This document shows, one piece after another, positions 8,558 to 17,591 of a DNA stretch of 42,208 nt; position 1 is the stretch's first letter, and every line of letters starts with the position of its first letter. The notes beneath the pieces were generated by a model that saw only the letters and a program-made list of their open reading frames with translations, made no database searches and was not told where the DNA came from. The translations under genes were made by a program, and so were the position numbers. This DNA is from Pseudomonadota bacterium (lineage in GTDB: Bacteria; Pseudomonadota; Gammaproteobacteria; Burkholderiales; Burkholderiaceae_C): NCBI GenBank assembly GCA_021808405.1, contig JAKBBQ010000002.1:1-42208 (forward strand). Reading direction: 5' to 3'.

Positions 8558-9319
8558 ATGAAAGCCCATCCTTGGACGGCGCTGATCGGCGCGGTAGTGC
8601 TCGGTGCGGGTGCGCTGGCCATGCCGGCGCAGGCAGCCGGCACGGCCGGCGCGGCCAGCGCCGCCAGCGAACCGGCACCAGGCTACGGCCCCGGCTACGG
8701 ACCCGGCCCGGGCTACGGCGCCGGTGGGCGCATGGGCCCGGGCTACGGCGCCGGCGCGGGTGCCGGCATGCGCGGCGGGCCCGCGCGCCCGGGTGGCTGG
8801 GGCCCGGGCGCCGGCTATGCGCAGGGCTACGGTCCCTGCGGCGGCGGCTCGGGCGGCGGCTGGGGTGGAGGCTGGGGTGGAGGCCCCGGCAGGATGGGCG
8901 GCTGGAGCGGCGGCGGGGGTGGCGGCTGGGGCGGCGGCCCCGGCAGGATGGGCGGCTGGAGCGGCGGCTGGGGCGGCGGCCCCGGCATGATGGGCGGCGG
9001 GGGCGGCTGGCACCACCCCGCATGGGCCGAGCTCCAGCTCAGCCAGGCGCAGATCCACAAGATCGAGGCCATCGAGCGCACCCAGTCGGACAAGCAGTGG
9101 GGGCTGATGACCAAGCTGCACCAGTTGATGTGGTCGGCGCCGCACGCCCCGGCCAGCGGCAAGCCGGACATCGATGCGATCATGAAGATCGCCAGGCAGG
9201 CCGCCGACCTGCGACTGCAGATGATGCGCAACCGGCTCGAGACCCGCGTGCAGGTGGACGCCGTGCTGACCGAGCAGCAGCGACAGGAGTTGCAGCAATA
9301 CCGGCGTCGAGGCTGGTAA
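8558..9319 (+). CDS. Spy/CpxP/ZraP-family periplasmic protein with long Gly-rich repeat region
   Basis: GGAG RBS, Sec signal peptide (AQA site), LSQAQ and LTEQQ (LTxxQ-type) motifs in a helical C-terminal domain. Confidence 0.8.
   Translation: MKAHPWTALIGAVVLGAGALAMPAQAAGTAGAASAASEPAPGYGPGYGPGPGYGAGGRMGPGYGAGAGAGMRGGPARPGGWGPGAGYAQGYGPCGGGSGGGWGGGWGGGPGRMGGWSGGGGGGWGGGPGRMGGWSGGWGGGPGMMGGGGGWHHPAWAELQLSQAQIHKIEAIERTQSDKQWGLMTKLHQLMWSAPHAPASGKPDIDAIMKIARQAADLRLQMMRNRLETRVQVDAVLTEQQRQELQQYRRRGW
8681..9010 (+). repeat. Coding low-complexity tandem repeats (GPGY and GGWGGGPGRM units)
   Basis: Identical 33-nt direct repeat at 8882-8914 and 8936-8968; 12-nt GGCTGGGGTGGA duplication near 8858-8881; repeated GGCTACGG units 8681-8750. 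Confidence 0.85.
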
Positions 9320-9380
9320 CACTTCGCTGCCCCCTTGTGCCCGCACCCTCTGCTAAGGTGCGGGCCTGCGGCATCCGCCG

Positions 9381-10379
9381 GTGGCGGCGGGCAGGCAGCG
9401 GGGGGTGGCGGTGGCGGTGCGGAGCAGCGGACGGACGCAGGGACGGGGGGGCCGGCCGGCATGCCGCCCGTGGGCGGCGCGAAGACTGCTGATCCTCGCG
9501 GCTTCGTGGCTGCTGGGCATGGCTCCGGGCTGGGCGATGCCGGTTCCCCACCCGGCTGCGCCGGGTGCGGGGGTGCTGCGGCTGTGGCTGCGCGACCCGC
9601 TGGAACTGCACGCCGCGTCGGCGCTGGTGATGGAGGCGCGCAGCCACCGCGTGCTGCTGCGCAAGAACGCCTCGGTGGTGCGGCCGATCGCCTCGCTGAC
9701 CAAGCTGATGACGGCCGAGGTGGTGCTCGACGCCCACCAGCCGATGAACCAGTGGATCACCATCACCCGCGCCGACATCGACACCCTGAAATGGAGCGAG
9801 TCGCGGCTGCGTCCCGGGATGCGCTTCACCCGCGCCAAGTTGCTGCAACTCGCGCTGATGTCCTCGGAGAACCGCGCCGCGCATGCGCTGGCGCGCCACT
9901 ATCCGGGAGGCCTGGCCGCCTGTATCCGGGCGATGAACCTGCGCGCCCGGCGGCTGGGCATGCTGCACACCCGCTTCGTCGACCCCACCGGGCTGTCTCC
10001 GTCGAACCGCTCGGATGCCCACGACCTGGCGCTGCTGGTGGATTCGGCCACCGCCTACCCGGTCATCCGCGACGACACGACCCACGTCGCGACCGTGGTG
10101 CAATCCCAGGGCCTGACCCTGCCCTACCGCAACAGCGACCACCTGCTGTATGGAGGCGGCTGGCACATGGTGGTGTCCAAGACCGGGTTCATCAACGAGG
10201 CCGGGCATTGCCTGGCTTTCGATGCCGTGCTCAGGGGGCGCCAGGTGGTGGTGGTTCTGCTCGACAGCTGGGGCCCCTACAACCAGTTCGTCGACGCCAT
10301 GCAGATCCGCGACTGGCTGCGCGAGCAAAGCCCGCAGCAATGGGCGCAACTGCGCTGGCGCGCGCCGCCGCTGCATTGA
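9381..10379 (+). CDS. pbpG: D-alanyl-D-alanine endopeptidase (PBP7-like, peptidase S11)
   Basis: PIASLTKLM (SxxK), LMSSEN (SxN), SKTGFINEAGHC (KTG); start uncertain. Confidence 0.85.
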   Translation: MAAGRQRGVAVAVRSSGRTQGRGGRPACRPWAARRLLILAASWLLGMAPGWAMPVPHPAAPGAGVLRLWLRDPLELHAASALVMEARSHRVLLRKNASVVRPIASLTKLMTAEVVLDAHQPMNQWITITRADIDTLKWSESRLRPGMRFTRAKLLQLALMSSENRAAHALARHYPGGLAACIRAMNLRARRLGMLHTRFVDPTGLSPSNRSDAHDLALLVDSATAYPVIRDDTTHVATVVQSQGLTLPYRNSDHLLYGGGWHMVVSKTGFINEAGHCLAFDAVLRGRQVVVVLLDSWGPYNQFVDAMQIRDWLREQSPQQWAQLRWRAPPLH

Positions 10380-10410
10380 ACGGCGGCAGCGCGGCGCCGA
10401 CGGCCGCCGC

Positions 10411-11049
10411 TCAGGCTGGCCCGATCGACGGTCGCTGCGCCAGGCGCTCGCGCCACTGCAACAGATGGGGATGCTGCTGCGGATCCGGGCGCAGCTTGAC
10501 GATGCGACCGAAGTCGACCGCCACCACCGCGGTGATGTCGGCCACGCTGAACTGCGGCCCGCCGAGGTACGGGCTGTGCTGCAGCCGCAGCTCCAGGGTG
10601 TCGAGGAAATGCCTGGCGCGCTCGACGCCGCGCTGCGCCAGCTCGGGAATCTGCGCGTAGTCCACCGGCCCCGACAGCGCGCGCCCGGCCATCGCCGGCG
10701 AGCCGTTGCGCAGCGCCTCGGCCACCGCCAGCAGTCCCTCGAATTCGGCGCGCCAGTGCCAGCTGGCGATCTCGGCGCGCGCCAGCGGGGTCGTGCCCAG
10801 CAGCGGCGGCTCGGGGTAGCGCGAATCCAGGTAGGCGATGATCGCCGCGTTGTCGGTCAGCACCACGCCTTCGTCGGTGCGCAGCGCCGGCACCGTGCAC
10901 TGCGGATTGACCGCGCGGTAGGCCTGGCCCAACTGCTCGCCGCCTCGCAGGTCGATGGCCACCGTCTCCCACGAAAGGCCCTTCTCGGCCAGCAGGATGC
11001 GCGCACGCCGCGGGTTGGGCGCGGTCGCGCAGTCGTACAAGGTCAGCAT
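10411..11049 (-). CDS. Glutathione S-transferase family protein
   Basis: APNPRRARILLAEKG, NPQCTVPAL, FSVADIT; GGAG RBS before ATG 11049. Confidence 0.9.
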   Translation of the reverse strand: MLTLYDCATAPNPRRARILLAEKGLSWETVAIDLRGGEQLGQAYRAVNPQCTVPALRTDEGVVLTDNAAIIAYLDSRYPEPPLLGTTPLARAEIASWHWRAEFEGLLAVAEALRNGSPAMAGRALSGPVDYAQIPELAQRGVERARHFLDTLELRLQHSPYLGGPQFSVADITAVVAVDFGRIVKLRPDPQQHPHLLQWRERLAQRPSIGPA

Positions 11050-11069
11050 CGCGTTCTCCCTGGAGTGGT

Positions 11070-11930
11070 TCAGGCCCCGTGCTGCGGACGATCGAAATCG
11101 GAGGGGTCGTGGCGCTCGGCCAGCTGCAGCGCCGGGTCGCCGTGCAGGCGGTTGACCCGGCGGCCGCGCTGCACGGCGTCGCGCGCGGCCAGTTGCCGCG
11201 CCCAGCGCAGCACATGGGTGTAGTCCCGCACCTGCAGGAACTCGGCCGCACCGTAGAGCTCGCCCAGCACCAGCTGGCCATACCAGGGCCAGATCGCCAT
11301 GTCGGCGATGGTATAGGCCTCGCCGGCGACGTAGGGCGTGTGCGCCAGCCGGCGATCGAGCACGTCGAGCTGGCGCTTGGTCTCCATCGCGTAGCGGTCG
11401 ATCGCGTACTCGATCTTCTGTGGCGCGTAGGCGTAGAAATGTCCGAAGCCGCCGCCCAGGAACGGCGCGCTGCCCATCTGCCAGAACAGCCACGACAGGC
11501 ACTCGGCACGCTCGGCCGCCGAGGTGGGGACGAAGGCGCCGAAGCGCTCGGCCAGGTACAGCAGGATCGCCCCCGATTCGAACACCCGGATCGGCTGCTC
11601 GCCGCCATGGTCCACCAGCGCCGGAATCTTGGAATTGGGATTGATCTCGACAAAGCCGCTGCCGAACTGCTCGCCGTCGCGGATGCGCACCAGCCAGGCG
11701 TCGTACTCGGCGCCCTGGTGGCCGGCCGCCAGCAGCTCCTCGAGCATCACCGTGACCTTCACGCCGTTGGGGGTGCCGAGGGAATACAGCTGCAGCGGAT
11801 GGCGCCCGCGCGGCAGTTCGCGCTCGTGGGTCGCGCCGGCCACCGGGCGGTTGATCGCCGCGAAACGCCCGCCGTGGCCCGCAGTCCACGACCAGACGCG
11901 AGGCGGGGTGTAGGACGAATCATCGCTCAT
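11070..11930 (-). CDS. yghU: Glutathione-dependent disulfide-bond oxidoreductase (Nu-class GST, YghU)
   Basis: YTPPRVW, INRPVAGATH, LYSLGTPNGVKV, NPNSKIPAL, FESGAIL, GGGFGHFYAYAP. Confidence 0.93.
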   Translation of the reverse strand: MSDDSSYTPPRVWSWTAGHGGRFAAINRPVAGATHERELPRGRHPLQLYSLGTPNGVKVTVMLEELLAAGHQGAEYDAWLVRIRDGEQFGSGFVEINPNSKIPALVDHGGEQPIRVFESGAILLYLAERFGAFVPTSAAERAECLSWLFWQMGSAPFLGGGFGHFYAYAPQKIEYAIDRYAMETKRQLDVLDRRLAHTPYVAGEAYTIADMAIWPWYGQLVLGELYGAAEFLQVRDYTHVLRWARQLAARDAVQRGRRVNRLHGDPALQLAERHDPSDFDRPQHGA

Positions 11931-12028
11931 GCGCAAGCCTCCGGCTACCGTTCCAGACGGAACCATAGCGGCTGTCGCGCGATCGTGCAGCGGCCCGCTC
12001 GACGAGGCGCGCGCGTTCCCCGGGTCGC

Positions 12029-12496
12029 TCAGGCGGGCAGCGCCGCGACGTCGACCCACTGCGCCCGCGTCAGCTCGGCCAGGCGACGGGGCTCGATGCG
12101 CAGCGCCGAGCGGGTCGAGCCGGCCGCCGGCAACACCTGGGCGAAACGCTGCAGCGACACGTCGGCATAGACCGGCAGCGCCCGGCTCAACCCGAACGGG
12201 CAGACCCCACCGACCGCGTGCCCGGTCCACTGCTCGACCTCGTCGGCCGCCAGCATCTTCGGCTTGCTGCCGAAGCGGTCCTTGAACTTGCGGTTGTCGA
12301 TGCGCGCGTCGCCGGCCAGCACCAGCAGCACCGCCTGGGGGCCCAGCCACAGCGACAAGGTCTTGGCGATCTGCGCCGGCGCCACGCCATGCGCCGCGGC
12401 GGCCTCGGCCACGGTGGCCGTGCTGACCGGCTTCTCGACGACTTCGATATCCGGGGCGTGATGGAGCAGGAACTCCCGCACTGCCTGCATGGTCAT
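12029..12496 (-). CDS. YbaK/EbsC family aminoacyl-tRNA trans-editing domain protein
   Basis: TATVAEAA, QIAKTL, TGHAVGGVCPFG (GxxxP loop). Confidence 0.9.
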   Translation of the reverse strand: MTMQAVREFLLHHAPDIEVVEKPVSTATVAEAAAAHGVAPAQIAKTLSLWLGPQAVLLVLAGDARIDNRKFKDRFGSKPKMLAADEVEQWTGHAVGGVCPFGLSRALPVYADVSLQRFAQVLPAAGSTRSALRIEPRRLAELTRAQWVDVAALPA

Positions 12497-12513
12497 GGCT
12501 GGACGGCCCCTCG

Positions 12514-13725
12514 CTACGCCCGCAGCCGCCGCACGAACTCGCCCAGGCGCTCGAGCCCCTGCTGCAGCTGCTCGCGCGAAGCCGCGTAGGACAGGCGCAC
12601 ATGGCGCTGCGCGCTGCAGTCGCCGAAATCGTGGCCCGGGGTCAACGCGACCCCGGCCTCCTCCAGCGCGCGTTCGCAAAAGCGCATCGAGTCGAGCCCG
12701 GTCGATGCGACGTCGACATAGACGTAGAACGCGCCGTCGGGCAGCACCGGCACGTCCAGCCCCGCCTGCCGCAGCCCCTGCAGGACCAGCGATCGGCGCG
12801 CCACGAATTCGGCCCTGCGCTGCTCGCACACGGCGATCGATTCCTCGCTGAAGCACTGCAGCGCGGAGTGCTGGGCCAGCGTGGAAGCGCAGATGTAGTA
12901 GTTCTGCGCCAGGCGCTCGACCGCCTGCACCAGCGGCTGCGGCACCACGCACCAGCCCAGGCGCCAGCCGGTCATGCCGAAATACTTGGAAAAGCTGTTG
13001 ATCACCAGCGCCTGGTCGTCGGCCGCCAGCACGCTGCGCGGCGCGCCGCCGGCGCCGGCGCCGTCGCCGTCGGCCAGGTCGAGATAGATCTCGTCGACCA
13101 CCCGCCATGCGCCCTGCCGGCCGGCGAATTCGCAGATGGCCTGCAGCTCGGGCCACGGCACCGAGGTACCGGTGGGATTGGACGGCGTGGCGATCATCAG
13201 CCCGCGGGTGCGTTCGCCCCAGTGCTGGCGCACCAGCCGCGAATCGAGCTGGAAGCGGCTCGCGGCGTCGGTGGGAACCAGCCGCACCTGCGCTCCGAAA
13301 CCGGCGAGCAGCTGACGGTTGCAGGGATACGAGGGGTCGGCCACCAGCACCTCGTCGCCGGGGTCGACCAGCGCCGCGGTGGCCAGCAGCAGCGCGGCCG
13401 ACGCGCCGGCAGTGACCACCACCCGCTGCGCGTCGACCCGCACGCCGTGCGCGCGCTGGTAGAAGTCGGCGATGGCCTCGCGCAGCGCCGGCAGACCGAG
13501 CGCCCCCGTATAGGCCAGCGGCGTGTCGCGCGCGACCTGCTGGGCCGCGCGCAGCACCGCGGGCGGGGCGCCGAAATCGGGTTCGCCGATGTTCATGCGG
13601 ATCACCTGCCGCCCCTGCGCCTCGAGCGCGGCCGCCCGCTTGGCGAACTCCATCGCGAGAAACGGGGCTATGGCCTGTGCGCGTGCGGAGATTCTCATCG
13701 TCGATCCTGCCGAAGGGACCGCCAT
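12514..13725 (-). CDS. PLP-dependent class I/II aminotransferase
   Basis: IGEPDF, GLPALREAI, PSNPTG, VDEIY, SFSKYFGMTGWRLG (PLP Lys); start 13725 or 13698. Confidence 0.93.
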   Translation of the reverse strand: MAVPSAGSTMRISARAQAIAPFLAMEFAKRAAALEAQGRQVIRMNIGEPDFGAPPAVLRAAQQVARDTPLAYTGALGLPALREAIADFYQRAHGVRVDAQRVVVTAGASAALLLATAALVDPGDEVLVADPSYPCNRQLLAGFGAQVRLVPTDAASRFQLDSRLVRQHWGERTRGLMIATPSNPTGTSVPWPELQAICEFAGRQGAWRVVDEIYLDLADGDGAGAGGAPRSVLAADDQALVINSFSKYFGMTGWRLGWCVVPQPLVQAVERLAQNYYICASTLAQHSALQCFSEESIAVCEQRRAEFVARRSLVLQGLRQAGLDVPVLPDGAFYVYVDVASTGLDSMRFCERALEEAGVALTPGHDFGDCSAQRHVRLSYAASREQLQQGLERLGEFVRRLRA

Positions 13726-13726
13726 G

Positions 13727-14965
13727 CTACATGGCCTCGCGCCTGCGCTGCGCGGGCCGCGCCACCGCCAGGTACACCAGCAGCGCGGCGGCCGCGCAAG
13801 CCAGCATGGTCAGGCTCATCGAGCGCGCGCTGCGACCGTCGTCCAGCCAGGCCACGACCGCCGACGCCGCCGCCCCGCTGCCCATCTGGGTGAAGCCCAA
13901 CGCGGCGCCCGCCACACCGGCGATGTGGGGCATCGGATGCAGCGCGCCGTGCACGGCGTTCGGCGCGGCCAGCCCGTAGCCGCAGGTGGCCAGCAGCAGC
14001 AGCGGCAGGTATTGCGCCAGCCCGGCGCGGCTGTCCAGGCTCAATCCCAGCAGCAGGCAGGAAGCCAGCAGCATCGCCGCCAGCCCGACGCCCAGCGGCA
14101 GGTGGCCCGCGATCCGCCGCCGGCCGAGGTAGGCGCTGGTGGTCGCTCCGGCGACGATTCCCGCCGCGGTGCAGGCGAACACGGCGGCGTACTGCAGCAG
14201 GCTCAACCCGAGCACCCGGGTCATCAGCAGCGGCGAACCCGAGATGTAGGCGAACAGGCAGCCGAAGCTCAGGCCATTGACCGCGGCGTGGCCGAAGGCC
14301 TCGCGGTCGCACACCACCTGGCGGTAGTTGCCGAGCAGCCGCCGCAGCCGCAGCGCATGGGGGTCGGGCTGGCGCAGGCTTTCCTGCAGGCCCCAATGGA
14401 CCACCCCGCTCAGCAGGACCCCGAACACCGCCAGGAAGCCGTAGATCCAGCGCCAGGAACCGACGCGCAGGATCCACGCTCCCAGCGACGGCGCGACGAT
14501 GGGCGCCGTGGCGCGCACCAGGTTCAGCACCGACAGCCGGCTGCGCGCACTGGCGCCGTCGAACAGGTCGCGCACCATCGCCAGCACCACCACCATGCCG
14601 GCGCCGGCGCCGCAACCGGCGAGCAGGCGCGCCACCAGCAGGCTGGCGATTCCCGGCGCGAGCGCGCAGGCGGCGCTGGCGCCGGTGAACAAGGCGCAGC
14701 CCGCCAGCAGCGCGCGGCGCCTGCCCAACGCATCCGACAGCGGGCCGAAGACCAGTTGCGCCGAGGCGAAGCCGGCCAGGAACAGGCTGAGGGTCAGCGT
14801 GGCGTCGCGCTGCGGAACTCCCAGGCCGGCGGCGATCGCCGGCAGCGCCGGCAGCCCCATGTCGATGGACAGCACGAGCATCGCGCTGAGCGAACCCAGC
14901 ACGACCAGGAACAGCGCGGAGTCGGGAGCGATGCGGGCCCCCGCGGTGCGGGCGATGCGAGGCAT
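13727..14965 (-). CDS. Bcr/CflA-type multidrug MFS efflux transporter
   Basis: IDMGLPALP, GPLSDALGRR (motif A), VRDLF, GSWRWIY, about 12 TM; start estimated at ATG 14965. Confidence 0.9.
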   Translation of the reverse strand: MPRIARTAGARIAPDSALFLVVLGSLSAMLVLSIDMGLPALPAIAAGLGVPQRDATLTLSLFLAGFASAQLVFGPLSDALGRRRALLAGCALFTGASAACALAPGIASLLVARLLAGCGAGAGMVVVLAMVRDLFDGASARSRLSVLNLVRATAPIVAPSLGAWILRVGSWRWIYGFLAVFGVLLSGVVHWGLQESLRQPDPHALRLRRLLGNYRQVVCDREAFGHAAVNGLSFGCLFAYISGSPLLMTRVLGLSLLQYAAVFACTAAGIVAGATTSAYLGRRRIAGHLPLGVGLAAMLLASCLLLGLSLDSRAGLAQYLPLLLLATCGYGLAAPNAVHGALHPMPHIAGVAGAALGFTQMGSGAAASAVVAWLDDGRSARSMSLTMLACAAAALLVYLAVARPAQRRREAM

Positions 14966-15132
14966 CCGGCGCAGTGTAGTGCGGCCGGACGACGCGGCGC
15001 GCCGGCGCTGGCTACACTGCGGCGTGGAGCAGCAGCCGCGCGCGGCCACCTGGTGGCCTGCGCGCGGGCGCACCCCGATCCCTGACGGCCGCGGCTGCCT
15101 GCCCGGCCGAGCCGCACGCAACACCCAGCCGC

Positions 15133-16176
15133 ATGACCCCATCCCGGTTCGTCATCGCCCACGGCCGTTTCGAGGCCGCGCGCCGCCTGCCGCGGCTGCC
15201 GCCTGGGTCGCCCGGCCACGGCCTGCACGGCCATGGCTTCGAGGCGCGGCTGCGCGCGAGCGCGCAGCACGTCGCGACCCCCGCCGCGGCGGCGGTGCAG
15301 GCGCTGCGCGAGCGCCTGGCCCAGGCCATGCAGCCGCTGCAGTACGGCGACCTGAACGCCCTGCACGAACACCCGGACGATGCGTGGCTGGCCGACTGGC
15401 TGCTGCGCCGCGCAGACCTGCCGCGGGCGCGGCTGGACTTGCGCAGCACTCCGACGCAGGGGGTGTGCGGCCAGCTCGAGCAGGCATTCGACAGCCTGCG
15501 GCGCTACCGCTTCCTGGCCGCGCACTTCCTGCCCAACGTGCCTGCCGGCCACCAATGCGGCCGCCTGCACGGACACGCCTTCGAAGTCGAGCTGCGCGCC
15601 GCGCAGGCCGATTACGCGACGCTGGATGGCCATTGGCAGGCGCTCGCGCCCCGGCTCGAGCACAGCCTGCTCAACGACATCGACGGCCTGCACAACCCGA
15701 CCAGCGAAATTCTCGCGGCCTGGATCTGGCAGCGGCTGCAGCCGGAGCTGGCCGGACTGCGCTCGGTGACGGTGCTGGAGACCGCCTCCTCCGGCGCCCG
15801 CTTCGACGGCAGCGCCTTTGTCATCTGGAAGGAGTTCAACCTCGACTGCGCGCTGCGCGTGCGCCGCGCCGCCGCGGGCAGCGCGGCGGCGCGCTTGCAC
15901 GGTCAGACCTTTCGACTGCGGCTGCGGCTGAGCGCGCCGCTGCACCAGGTGCTGGGCTGGGTGGTCGACTACGGCGACGTCAAGTCACTGTTCCGCCCGC
16001 TGTTCGAACGCCTGGACCACCAGGCGCTGCAACAGGTCGAAGGGCTGGAGGACGCCGACACCTGCAGCGTGGCCGCCTGGGTGTTCGACGCCTGCAGGCA
16101 GCAACTGCCCGCGCTGTGCGGGGTCGACCTCCTCGAGGCCGACGGGTGCGGCGCGGCTCTGGAGCTGCCCGCATGA
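15133..16176 (+). CDS. QueD/PTPS-like (6-carboxytetrahydropterin synthase) protein with three tandem T-fold domains
   Basis: Three repeats: FEAARRL..GHGLHGH, FLAAHFL..QCGRLHGH..NPTSE..LET, and FNLDCAL..ARLHGQ..GWVVDYGDVK..LDH. Confidence 0.85.
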   Translation: MTPSRFVIAHGRFEAARRLPRLPPGSPGHGLHGHGFEARLRASAQHVATPAAAAVQALRERLAQAMQPLQYGDLNALHEHPDDAWLADWLLRRADLPRARLDLRSTPTQGVCGQLEQAFDSLRRYRFLAAHFLPNVPAGHQCGRLHGHAFEVELRAAQADYATLDGHWQALAPRLEHSLLNDIDGLHNPTSEILAAWIWQRLQPELAGLRSVTVLETASSGARFDGSAFVIWKEFNLDCALRVRRAAAGSAAARLHGQTFRLRLRLSAPLHQVLGWVVDYGDVKSLFRPLFERLDHQALQQVEGLEDADTCSVAAWVFDACRQQLPALCGVDLLEADGCGAALELPA

Positions 16177-17459
16177 CGATGAGTCCCACCCCGCCGCCCG
16201 TGCCGCAGGGGCTGCCCGCCAGCCCCTGCGTGGGGATCTGCAGCGTCGGATCCAACGGGGTGTGCGTCGGATGCCTGCGCACCCTGGACGAAATCGCCCG
16301 CTGGCGATCGATGGGCGAGGCCGAGCGAGGCGCGGTCTGGCGCCGCGTGCTGGCGCAGGGCTGGCAGGCTGCCAAACCGGTTCCGCGCGGCTGGGGCGGC
16401 GGGCGGCTGGTGCCTGGCCGGCCGGCGCCGCTCGTGCGAGACTTCGCCCCAGTGTCTCCGCGACCGCCTCTGTTTACCGCACCGCCGACGCCGATGTCCC
16501 AGCCACCGCAAGCTCCCCGGGCCCGGACCCTGGACCAGCCCACCCTCGATCTGCTGCAGCAGGCGCGCAGCCGCGGCCGCCCGCCGCTCGACGGCCTCAG
16601 CGCCCGGCAGGCGCGAGAGTTCCCGAGTTGGTTCGAACTGCTGTTCGGGCCGGCGCCGCGGCTGGCCGTCATGCGCGACGTGGACATCCCGGGCGCCGAC
16701 GGAGCGCGCCTGCACGCGCGGCTGTACGCCGACCGGCCGGACCCCGACAGCCTGGTGGTGTACCTGCACGGCGGCGGCTGGGTGCTGGGCTCGGTGGCCG
16801 GCTACGAGCCCTACACCGCGCTGCTCGCCCAGCGCACCGGCAGCGCGGTGCTGTCGGTCGACTACCGGCTGGCCCCCGAACACCCCTTCCCGGCACCGCT
16901 GCATGACGCGCAGGCGGCTCTGCAGTACGCGGCCGAGCAGGGCGCCAGCCTGCTGGGGCGGCCGATGCGCCGCCTGGTGGTGATGGGCGACAGCGCCGGG
17001 GCCGCGTTGGCCACGGTCGCCGCGCGCAAGCGCGCCACGCAGGTCGGGCTGCGCCAGCCCGACCTGCAGGTGCTGCTGTATCCGGTCACCGACGCCGGCT
17101 TCGACACCCCGAGCTACCGCGATTACGCGCAGGGCTACCTGCTCAGCGCGGCCGACATGCGCTGGTTCTGGGGCCAGTACTGCCCGGACCCGTCGCTGCG
17201 CGCCGACCCCGACGCGTCGCCGCTGCGCGCCGCCGACCTGTCGGGCCTGCCACCGACGCTGCTGTTCAGCGCCGAATTCGACCCGCTGCGCGACGAGGGC
17301 GAGCGCTACGGCCAGCGCCTGCAGCAGGCCGGGGTCAGCTGCCGGGTGGTGCGCTGCCCCGGGGTGCTGCACGGCTTTGTCGCGATGGCGCGGGCGCTGC
17401 CGCTGGCGGCCAGCGGATTCGACACGATTTGTGACGGGATCCGCAGGCACCTGGCCTGA
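16173..17459 (+). CDS. DUF1289 Cys-rich domain in frame with an HSL-family alpha/beta hydrolase (hydrolase alone could start at 16494)
   Basis: SPCVGIC..CVGCLRTLDEIARW (DUF1289), then HGGGW, DYRLAPEHPFP, GDSAG, FDPLRDEG, HGF; ATGA overlap with the QueD-like stop; no stop between domains. Confidence 0.8.
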   Translation: MTMSPTPPPVPQGLPASPCVGICSVGSNGVCVGCLRTLDEIARWRSMGEAERGAVWRRVLAQGWQAAKPVPRGWGGGRLVPGRPAPLVRDFAPVSPRPPLFTAPPTPMSQPPQAPRARTLDQPTLDLLQQARSRGRPPLDGLSARQAREFPSWFELLFGPAPRLAVMRDVDIPGADGARLHARLYADRPDPDSLVVYLHGGGWVLGSVAGYEPYTALLAQRTGSAVLSVDYRLAPEHPFPAPLHDAQAALQYAAEQGASLLGRPMRRLVVMGDSAGAALATVAARKRATQVGLRQPDLQVLLYPVTDAGFDTPSYRDYAQGYLLSAADMRWFWGQYCPDPSLRADPDASPLRAADLSGLPPTLLFSAEFDPLRDEGERYGQRLQQAGVSCRVVRCPGVLHGFVAMARALPLAASGFDTICDGIRRHLA

Positions 17460-17484
17460 GGCGCCTGCGGTCGGCGCGCGCAAG

Positions 17485-17557
17485 CGTGACGCAGTTCACA
17501 CAAATGCGCCTTTTGTCATCCGACGGCGGCCCTGGCGCCCGCGCCGCGGTCCATACT
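17485..17557 (+). promoter_or_regulatory. CRP-type box with candidate -10 element
   Basis: CGTGA-CGCAGT-TCACA at 17485-17500 (9/10 to TGTGA-N6-TCACA); CATACT at 17552-17557 would place the box at -71.5. Confidence 0.5.
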
Positions 17558-17591
17558 GTGATGGCCACCGTATGCACCCGTTGGATCCGCA

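Noticed and set aside
8681-9010. Direct repeats as a CRISPR array
   Set aside because: In-frame coding repeats with no unique spacers and no cas genes.
15133-16176. QueD-like gene as part of a 7-deazaguanine DNA-modification (dpd) defence island
   Set aside because: No dpdA/tgt, queC, queE or folE in the window and no sign of horizontal acquisition.
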